This document shows, one piece after another, positions 39,401-47,200 of a stretch of 64,000 nucleotides of DNA (position 1 is its first letter; each line of letters starts with the position of its first letter). The position numbers and the translations under genes were made by a program. Under the pieces are notes generated by a model. It worked only from the letters and a program-made list of their open reading frames with translations, was not told the DNA's origin and ran no database searches. The stretch lies in assembly GCA_016214895.1 (NCBI GenBank), contig JACRMR010000020.1, positions 41,812 to 105,811 on the forward strand, in the 5' to 3' direction. Origin of the DNA: Candidatus Zhuqueibacterota bacterium. GTDB lineage: Bacteria > Electryoneota > RPQS01.

Positions 39401-42400
39401 CAGCTTGCGATAGACCCGGTAGTTGTCCACCAGCGGATCGGCGGAGTTATTCCAGTCGAGCGTGACCAGACCGGTCGCGCTGTTCACGCTGCCGATGAGC
39501 CCGGTCGGAACCGGCGGATCCAGGCGTACGAGCGTGAAGTTCTGGTTTCCGATACCGCCTTCGGGCACCGCAACGATCAACTCCTCCGGGTGATATCCCG
39601 CGAGCGTACACGTCAGCCGGCGGTTACCGACGACCACGCCTTCCAGCGTGTAATCGCCGTTGGCCAGCGGATGCGTCACCGGATGGCTAACGCCGTTGGC
39701 GGCCACCGTGACCTGCGTCATCACGCCCGCGCCGCCGTCAAACGTAACGTGCCCGGTGACGTTGGCATAGGTCGGCTCCGGACCCCAGAACGTAACTGCG
39801 GTCTGGCTCGCCGGAATGAACTCGCCCGCGCCATCAACGCAAACCTCGATCGCGTCCGTGCCCGTCAGATTCTCCACACCGGTTGTCCACGTTGTCGCAT
39901 GGTCAACCTCGTTGTAGTTAATCTGAATTCCGCCGTCGGAATTCAGCACGATCTGGAACGTAAAGCTGCCCGCCCCATCGATATGCGGCACATGATCCCA
40001 TTCCACGATGAATTGACCGAGTGCAATGTCAGAATAGTAATAGACCGCTCCGCCTGTCGGCAGGAACAGGTCATCCCAGATTCCGTAGATCGCGTTGTTC
40101 GGCTGAGCCGGGTTGGGAATCGGCGTGTTGACGTAAATCGCCGAGATGTCGGTGAATGATATCCAGCCGTTCGAACAGACACGGACTGAGTTATACGTGT
40201 TGCCGTAGAACGTGAACGGGAATCCGATGTTGAACGGTCCGAGGTTCTGATCGTCGCCGGTCAGTCCGGTATTGGTTCCGGTGGCGTTAATCTCGGTCCA
40301 TTCATAGGAGCCTTCCGCCCATGGCAGGACCACCGAACCCGACCAGGTTCCTGCCGGTCCCACATTCGGAATCTCATCGTAACCGCTCACGCCCCAGACA
40401 TACGTCTGGTTCGCTTGCGGCGGCGTGTCGTCAAACTGTTGCACGCCGGGCGCCACAGTACCGATTTGCACTCCGTCGCGATAGACGTAGAACCCCGCGA
40501 GGTCCACCAGTGCCTGGCCGTTCGCGTTCAGCGTGGGATCGGTCCACGAAATCCGGACCGTCTGGTTATTCAGCGAGGAACCGACGACGTTGGCGGGCGC
40601 CGCCGGCGCCATGGCCGCCATGCCCTCTTCGGTTCCCGTCGGGCCGGACTCTTCGCCGTTGTCGTAGTAACCCTTCACGTAGTAGCTGTAGGTGATACCT
40701 TCAGCCACGAAGTCATCGTAGCGATTCTCGACCGGCGAAGCCAGCAGCACATCGTCACGATAGACATTGTAGTGGACGAGCTCATCCAGCGTGCCACGGC
40801 CCGCGCGGGCGACATACTCAAGCTCTGGAGCCTGTGAATAGGCGCCGGATTCGACATGGTAACCGCCGGTGGCACCGGCAAACCCGCGGTCCGCCGCGAA
40901 CTTCTGACGTACCGGACCGACGTTTTCAATCGGATTGCCGTGCTGGTCCTTGGCGGGCAAAATATCGGCCGTCGTCGTCCCGGCCGGAACCTGATCGACA
41001 TGATAACCCGACGGATCGCCGATCGCCATCACATAGCCGGCCGCCGCACCCGGCGCACCGCCGACCCACACGCGGCACATCCAGTCATGAGACGTCCACA
41101 GATTCCATGCCGGATGACCCTGCGTCCAGTATGACCGCGAGTCCGGCGAGCTATTATCCGAACCGGTTCCCGGTCCGATGATTCCCGGAGGGAACTGCCA
41201 GAGCACCCAGAAGTCCGCTTCCGTATCAAGCGTCACTTCGCCGTCGGAGTGGGCAATCAACCAACCCGGCGTGCTGTCGGCGCCAATCTCCGTCCAGGTC
41301 TGCAACGGGTTGTTGAAGTCCGGAATTCCGCCGTTATCCGCGCAGAGCAAGACCTGCGGCAGCGGATCACTGCGCTCCATGTAAAGGTTAATCGTCTGAA
41401 TCGGCAGCGGGTAGTCCACCGAGTCCGCGGGCGGCGGCGTGAACCGCACGGCGAAGAAGTCGGTCGGACCGTTGGGGCTGGCCACGCGGAACCACACTTC
41501 CGACGTTCCGTCATCATAATTGAGTTCCACGGCCGGATGAACTCCCGGCGGCAGCCAGCTCAAGTGAATATGGTCGTCAAAATTGCCGTTGGCCCGCAGT
41601 AGTGCCGGCGGCAGTTCGCCGTAGAGCACCGTCTGGAGGTTCGAGTTTCCGGATTCCACCGGCGTCGAGGCCCCCAAGTCCACGGCGCGAACCGTGAGAT
41701 CCCAGATGCCGGATGCCGGAATCTGCTGCGTACCACTCGTGGTGGTGTATGTGCTGCCCAAAATCCAGTCGGCATTCTCATGCAGCTTGAAATAAATGCG
41801 ATACTCATCGACCAGCGGATCCGTCGAAGCGTTCCAGGCCAACGAGACCAAGCCCGTTTCATCAACGCCGTTCGTATCGAGACCCGTCGGCGCGGCCGGC
41901 GGCAGACGACGCAGCGTGAGGTCCGCTCCGGTATAGCCGCCGCCCGGCACCGTGATGCTGATCGTCGTCGGCGCATAGCCAGCCAACGATCCAGTAATCA
42001 GCCGGTCGCCAATGACCACATTGTTCAATGTATAGTCACCGCTGGCGTTCGGATTCGAGGTCGGATTACCCAGCCCATTGGCACGCACGGAGACCTGCGT
42101 CACCACTCCGCTTCCGCCATCGAGGGTTACATTCCCCGAAACCGTCGCACCCGTCGGTGCTTGCAGTCCCCAGATGATCACATCGTCAAAATAGAATCCG
42201 GGGAACGCCGAAATGATTGGATCGGCACCGAATTCAAAGCGGAACAGCGGCGTCTGGCCGACCATGCCGGTCAACAGGAAGGTAGCCGGGACCCACCCAT
42301 TCGAGTTCCCGCTCCAGGCCGGCTGGCCGCTCATCCACTGATTATCCGGACTTAATGCACCAACCGGGTATCCTTCCTCCGGCGATAGAACGTTCCAGGT

Positions 42401-43816
42401 TGCCCCGGCGTCCACGCTGACCTTCAGGTTCGCGCCGTCATAAGTGTTCTCGCTCGAGTACCAGACCCAGCAGGCAAATGACGCCACCGGCGAAACGACC
42501 GGCAGACCGACATCGAGATCAACCCAGTAATGGCCGTCGTCTTCATAGATATCATCCAGGTCCAGTCCCCAAACGTTCGGCGCGCTGTTCGGTTGCGGTC
42601 CGGCCCCTTCGGTGGGAATGCCCCACTCAAACCCATCCGCGTCCCCGGCGGCCACCCAGCCGCCGTCACCCTGATCAAACCCATCATCGTAAGTCGGGCT
42701 GCCGACGCGGACGTCCACGGTGCCCGAAGACCCGTAATACGGATTGGCATACGCCCGAACGTAGTAAGTCAGGTCTCCCGACGGAGCATTGGCATGAGTG
42801 TAAGCTTGCGTTCCCGGCGCCAGCGTTGCCAGCAACACACCGACGCCCGGCGTGCCCAGCCAGACCTGCACGTTGGTTAAGGTAACCGGGTTCCCGTTGG
42901 TATCCTGCGTCGGATCAATCCAGCTCAGATCGACAGTCGTTCCCACCACGTTCGCCGCCACGTTTGTCGGCGGATTCGGAATGCCATTGGCATCCACAAC
43001 GAGATAGGCCACACCAGCAGTCGGGCACGAGCCTTGACCGCTATTGCAGATTTCCAGACCTTCGGTGCCGCTGGCATTCTCGATCCCCACACCGCCGCCC
43101 CCGTTATTCGTCAGGAGGGCGTACTGGAGAATTACGCGGCCGTCTTCGTAGCAGATGATTTCAAAGGAATAAAGCTGCGTCGGATTCCCGAATCGCGGGC
43201 AGTCCACCCACGCCACGATGAAGCGATCATTCGCCGGATCGGACAGCCAGTAGGTGCCGCCCACGCTCGACGGCAAGAGATCCTCCCAGAATCCGTAAAT
43301 CGCATTGTTCGGCTCGTTGGGCGAGATCAGTGGACCAAACGCGCCCAGACTGTTGCTCGTGCTCGTCGGCGATATCCAGCCGTTCGAGCAGATTCGCATC
43401 GACGTATAATCCTGATCGAAGAATGGGAAGGTGAATCCCAAGTTGAACGGACCTTCGTTGCAATCATCGCAGCTCGTGGCCCGCGTTCCCGTCGCGGTGA
43501 TATCAATCCACGCGTAGTCCGTTTCCATCCACACATACTCATCCAGCGGATTTCTGCCGCGTCGCTCATTGTCGATCACCGGCTGCGGCTGGTTGACCGC
43601 TGCCAGGTTGATCGGAGCCCCGGCGGCGGCCAAGTGCCGAGCCGCCAGCAATTCCTCCGCCGTCCATTGTTCCCCCGCTGCCCACTTATCGAGCAGACGA
43701 ACGACCTCGGACTTATCGTAGCTCTGATCTGCGCGCACCACGACCAGCCCTACGACAAGGACCAGCGCGAACAAAGCTGCTGTCAACTTCCAAAACCGCA
43801 TGATCTCCTCCGTCAA
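36497..43816 (-). CDS. Giant (2439 aa) secreted mosaic multidomain protein with a T9SS C-terminal sorting domain. Carries 3 copies of an uncharacterised ~170-aa 'CSNGW...WDDL' module, CarboxypepD_reg-like and FN3-like domains, and a second duplicated ~180-aa module.
   Basis: Signal peptide. C-terminus YPNPFNATTAFRFDV...GMYIARM (T9SS CTD). Repeats read directly (aa 97-262, 1170-1335, 1978-2145; aa 741-920 vs 1535-1720). CarboxypepD_reg-like GHVTFDGGAGVMTQVTV...NGDYTLEGVVVGNRRL. Confidence 0.7.
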   Translation of the reverse strand: MTEEIMRFWKLTAALFALVLVVGLVVVRADQSYDKSEVVRLLDKWAAGEQWTAEELLAARHLAAAGAPINLAAVNQPQPVIDNERRGRNPLDEYVWMETDYAWIDITATGTRATSCDDCNEGPFNLGFTFPFFDQDYTSMRICSNGWISPTSTSNSLGAFGPLISPNEPNNAIYGFWEDLLPSSVGGTYWLSDPANDRFIVAWVDCPRFGNPTQLYSFEIICYEDGRVILQYALLTNNGGGGVGIENASGTEGLEICNSGQGSCPTAGVAYLVVDANGIPNPPTNVAANVVGTTVDLSWIDPTQDTNGNPVTLTNVQVWLGTPGVGVLLATLAPGTQAYTHANAPSGDLTYYVRAYANPYYGSSGTVDVRVGSPTYDDGFDQGDGGWVAAGDADGFEWGIPTEGAGPQPNSAPNVWGLDLDDIYEDDGHYWVDLDVGLPVVSPVASFACWVWYSSENTYDGANLKVSVDAGATWNVLSPEEGYPVGALSPDNQWMSGQPAWSGNSNGWVPATFLLTGMVGQTPLFRFEFGADPIISAFPGFYFDDVIIWGLQAPTGATVSGNVTLDGGSGVVTQVSVRANGLGNPTSNPNASGDYTLNNVVIGDRLITGSLAGYAPTTISITVPGGGYTGADLTLRRLPPAAPTGLDTNGVDETGLVSLAWNASTDPLVDEYRIYFKLHENADWILGSTYTTTSGTQQIPASGIWDLTVRAVDLGASTPVESGNSNLQTVLYGELPPALLRANGNFDDHIHLSWLPPGVHPAVELNYDDGTSEVWFRVASPNGPTDFFAVRFTPPPADSVDYPLPIQTINLYMERSDPLPQVLLCADNGGIPDFNNPLQTWTEIGADSTPGWLIAHSDGEVTLDTEADFWVLWQFPPGIIGPGTGSDNSSPDSRSYWTQGHPAWNLWTSHDWMCRVWVGGAPGAAAGYVMAIGDPSGYHVDQVPAGTTTADILPAKDQHGNPIENVGPVRQKFAADRGFAGATGGYHVESGAYSQAPELEYVARAGRGTLDELVHYNVYRDDVLLASPVENRYDDFVAEGITYSYYVKGYYDNGEESGPTGTEEGMAAMAPAAPANVVGSSLNNQTVRISWTDPTLNANGQALVDLAGFYVYRDGVQIGTVAPGVQQFDDTPPQANQTYVWGVSGYDEIPNVGPAGTWSGSVVLPWAEGSYEWTEINATGTNTGLTGDDQNLGPFNIGFPFTFYGNTYNSVRVCSNGWISFTDISAIYVNTPIPNPAQPNNAIYGIWDDLFLPTGGAVYYYSDIALGQFIVEWDHVPHIDGAGSFTFQIVLNSDGGIQINYNEVDHATTWTTGVENLTGTDAIEVCVDGAGEFIPASQTAVTFWGPEPTYANVTGHVTFDGGAGVMTQVTVAANGVSHPVTHPLANGDYTLEGVVVGNRRLTCTLAGYHPEELIVAVPEGGIGNQNFTLVRLDPPVPTGLIGSVNSATGLVTLDWNNSADPLVDNYRVYRKLQTEDTWTLVATVVPSNATDQLTQDNVYNYAVSAVDINVSTPVESDMALLDHAILFGSIPPVNLTANGNFDDHIHLQWLAPGSPPEVEVFYDNGTNTVDGIGWWGFQPTYGWLVAHYQGNGPITVTRLKTYISGFATDGDPLQIGVFEESGGLPTGDPLGVVDLNQAAPYDVFQEWELSTPVTVTSGSFFIGMRQMAANAICVGGDEATPFINNTFYYASDAGLWNPYEPGLIIIPMQRCFVIGDIGGVAQELMPSPVGVQSPVVNRGPVAVAKATNFKAEAMRTRALTAKAGASLERFPVTCSARQSVSDTWRQASRLTTATNVRVPFVRGGDAGIDSRGGHGTLDDVVQYRVYRDGGQIGTTLPAVLFYDDPRPENQPFDYYVTAYYDNNEESAPSNTVVDARCNMAPGAPPTIELTPQGQSVMRVSWTAPTTNADGSQLVDLAGYRIYRNDVQIGSVAANVTQYLDTPPVPDEFYTWTVRGFDEVPNVGDGASRIGAVQSPWEVVDYEWIDISTDGTNTGLTGDDQSSGPFPLGFTVEYYGQEYTSVYICSNGFVSFTSNSASFVNTEIPNAQEPNTVLYPFWDDLFLPTGGIVMYRSDAADGVFIAAWLDVPHINGNGNYTFECVIDDRGGIRFVYQSMADVNQATVGVENETGTEAIQLWFGGVGGPFEPQNETAVQFWGGPAGEIAGVVIGAPANTPVEGVAVYVDSQVDTAYTAADGSYTLGAEPGTVTVVFSKPGWCDTVTPDVVVTDGGVTELDAVMNAPQAVFNVTSISQTTWPGHDVAAFFTISNPAGLCPLNYVIGDDANWLTASPATGTINPGQAREITVGMLAAGLTPGQEYQATIRITHTAPGLLYTIPVTLFVSVDRPEPPLPLPTEFAYHANYPNPFNATTAFRFDVPNASRVQIVLYNMNGQEVARPVDDVYQPGRYNVSFTADNLPSGMYIARMNAGSYTATGKLLLLK
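37382..37885 (-). repeat. Protein module X, copy 3 (aa 1978-2145)
   Basis: WIDISTDGTNTGLTGDDQSSGPFPLGFTVEYYGQEYTSVYICSNGFVSF...NTVLYPFWDDL...FIAAWLD...YTFECVIDDRGGIRFVY...GVENETGTEA. Confidence 0.5.
39812..40309 (-). repeat. Protein module X, copy 2 (aa 1170-1335)
   Basis: WTEINATGTNTGLTGDDQNLGPFNIGFPFTFYGNTYNSVRVCSNGWISF...NNAIYGIWDDL...FIVEWDH...FTFQIVLNSDGGIQINY...GVENLTGTDA. Confidence 0.5.
43031..43528 (-). repeat. Protein module X, copy 1 (aa 97-262 of the giant protein)
   Basis: WIDITATGT...PFNLGFTFPFFDQDYTSMRICSNGWIS...NNAIYGFWEDL...FIVAWVD...YSFEIICYEDGRVILQY...GIENASGTEG. Confidence 0.5.
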
Positions 43817-44248
43817 AGTTAGACGAAACCCAGTCTTCCGTAACTATAGAATAAACGGACTTCTCTCCTAATAATCAAGTCTGCCCCGGAAAAGAGACCT
43901 CGGCGGAATATGCTTCTCCTCCCCGGAGTTTCGCGTACCTCTCGGGAGGTGGGTGGTTGTAACTTAAGTGATTATTTTACAGGTAATTGTGCTTGTTTGT
44001 GACTCCTCTTCTCCGAAGCGTTTCGCCTAAAAAATTGTTATTAATGGCGTTATGTGAAACCGTAAGCCATGCTTGGCGTGCTCATTAACGCATTTTATGC
44101 GCACTCGCGGTGTAACCGCCGAGCGCACCAGGAGCGAGCCGCTTGCGCATGCCGCAGGCCATGCGTAACTTTAGCGAATCAATGGGGGACCGTGGTCCCG
44201 CGCACCCGTCTATCACCGCAACCGAGAGGTCTGCACTCGGAGGAGTCC

Positions 44249-47200
44249 ATGGCGAGAGTTCTACGGATTATACTTATGGCTGTCTCGGCGATCACGGTAT
44301 CCGCCGGCTATGCGGCGGTTTCAACCCCCGACGCCCGGGTCGGCGTCCCGCTCTTCGGGGACTCGCCGACGCCTCTTGGTGTCAGCTCGCCAACTCCCGG
44401 CCTGACCACCATCTCACTGGAGAATCCTTCGGTCCAGATGCAGGAAGTCACCGTCGATTTCCAGACCTACACCTCGTTCGGCATGGCCGGAGAACCGTGG
44501 GCGTCTGTTGACGGCTCCCCGGCGGTGCCGCAGATCAGCCGTTTCTATCGGATCGCGAACACGGGGGGTGTGGACCTCGTCATCAGCAATGCGGATTACG
44601 AGATTCTGAACGACGTCGATGTGCTGCCGTTCCAGTGGGAGGAAGCGGCTTTCGGCGGTCTCAATCGTGACGAGGCGGTCTATTCTGCCGACCAGTGGTA
44701 CCCGGAGCATGTAGTCGAGATGTCCGAGCCAATGATCCTGCGCGATTTCCGCGTGGTGTCGGTCACGCTCTATCCGGTGCAGGTCAATCCAGCAACTCGT
44801 CAGGTTCGAATCTACCATTCGATCAATGTTGATCTCGTCGGCAATGAAAACCCGGCGCCGAATGAATTGCTGAATCCGCGCCGCCCCTCAGGGAACTGGG
44901 TGCCGCTTTACAATTCGGTGATCGTGAATCTCGATGACGCGGCGCTGGCGAACGCTACGGAAACTCCCGGCAGTATTCTGATCGTCTCGCACAACAACTC
45001 GCAGGCTACGCAGTGGGCGGACAGTCTGGCGAGATGGAAGAAGCGCCGCGGGTTTGACGTCACCATCGACGCCCGCAGCAACTGGAATGTCAACACCATT
45101 CGCACAGCGGTGCAAGCCGCGTATGCAAACTGGGACCCGCCTCTTGAGTTCGTCGTAATCATCGGCGACCCGCAGTGGACGTTCGGGATCACGACGGACG
45201 GCGGCAACTATGACCACACCTATGCGCTTGGTAACATTGGCGACGATCTTGAAGACATTGGCTGTGGTCGCCTGAGCGGCAATTCGGCGGACCAAATGGC
45301 TACGATCAACGCCAAGATCATGGCCTACGAGCGTACGCCGAATATGACGGACACACAGTGGTACACCAAGGCCTTTCTGTATGCCGGCGTGGCCAACGAG
45401 ATCGCGTCCAATTACACGCTGATGCAGTGGACGGCGCAGCAGTTCCGCCTGAACACCGGCGTGCAGAACTGTCAGGTCAACTGGGTGAACGGCCATGTGG
45501 ACGACAATCTGGTTCGCACGCAGTTGAACGGTGGCGTCGGATACTTCTTCTGGCGCGGAAGCTGGCTCTCCCAGATGGAGACTTCACTTGCGGGATCGTG
45601 CTCGAACGGTACCCGGCTGCCCATCGTGATGTGTGTGACCTGCGGTGCCAATGAATTCGTATCTGGCCTTGGCATCGCCGAGTCGTATCTGTTGGCCGGT
45701 ACCGTCTCATCCCTAAAGGGCGGCGTGGCTGCCATTGGAACTTCGACGTCCGGTACTCACGCGCCGCCGAACGGCACATTTGCCGGGGGCTTGCTTTATG
45801 CGATTACCACACAGGAAATCGAGCACCTCGGTCACGCGCTTAACGCAGGCAAAGTTTGGCTGCCGCTGACGTTTGGCGTCGGATCAAGTGAGGCCCAGAG
45901 TTTCACGCGCTGGAATAATCTGATGGGTGACCCCAGCCTCTCGATGTGGTCGCGCACTCCGACCGTGATGTCCGTGACGTTTGAGTCCACGATCGCCGTC
46001 GGCACGCACAGCGCGACCTTTGACGTGGTTGACGATCAGGGTATTCCGGTGGAAGACGCCCTCGTCGTACTCTGGAAAGGCACGGAGACCTATGAGCGCG
46101 GTTTGACGAATGCGCAGGGGCATCTTGAACTGCCGACGAGCATTCAGTCTGCCGGTGACCTGCTGTTGACGATCACCAAGCGCGATTACGTGCCCTACCT
46201 GGCCACCATCGCCTGCAATGCTGTGGACGAGCACGTGGCCCTGACCTCATACACCATCGACGACGACAACTCGGGCGGCACGAGCGGCAATGGCAACGCC
46301 ACGCTGAATCCGGGCGAGACGGTTGACCTCCCGATCTACCTCAAGAATTACGGCGGCACGGCAACGGCCACCGGCATCTCTGCCCAGTTGGTCAGCCACA
46401 ATCCGAAGGTTACGATTGCCACACCGTCAGCGACCTACGCGAATCTTGCCCCCGGTGATTCCGCGCTGGGTTCGACCGCCTTCCGCCTGGTCAGTTCTTC
46501 GACTCTGCTGCAAGATGAGGTAATTCTGCTCACGCTGAACGTGACGGCGGCCTCCGGATCGACGCACAGCAACTTTGAAATCGAGGCCAAATCCGGGCGG
46601 GCGGACTTTCAAACCACGCAGTTCACGCCGAGCTTTGCTCCGGGCGTCACCAGTCAACTAAGAGTAACTTTGCACAATGGCGGTGTCGCTGAATTAACTG
46701 GTGTCACGGCGACGCTGCAATCGCTCAGCCCCTTTGTGGCCGTGGACGACGATCACGGAGATTATGGCACGATTGCGATCGGCGGAAACGCGACCAATAC
46801 CGCGGATCAGTTTACGCTCCGCGCGAACTCGCTGACGTTCCGCGGTCACGTCGCTCCGATGTTGTTGTTGGCCAGGACATCCAACGGCCATGTCGATTCC
46901 GTCGGCTTCACCGTCACGGTCGGCAATGCGACTGTGACCGATCCGACTGGTCCCGATGTTTACGGTTACTACGCCTACGATAACGGTGACGCTTCGTACG
47001 AGATGCATCCCACGTTCAATTACGTGGACATCTCCGCCGGTCTCGGCACGAACCTGAACATCAACGACATCGGCGAGAAGACTCAGGTCAGCCAGGTCTG
47101 GTCCGCCGCCCGTGCGTTGCCGTTTGAGTTCAGCTATTACGGTCAGGTCTTCGATTCGATCACGGTCTGCTCCAACGGCTGGGCCGCCTTTGGCAGTCAG

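Noticed and set aside
43817-44248. tRNA or mobile-element remnant in the AT-richer 430-bp region between the two giant genes
   Set aside because: There is no cloverleaf-compatible sequence, integrase or terminal inverted repeats. A GGTTCGAATC-like string at about 44800 lies inside the C25 coding frame and is coincidental.
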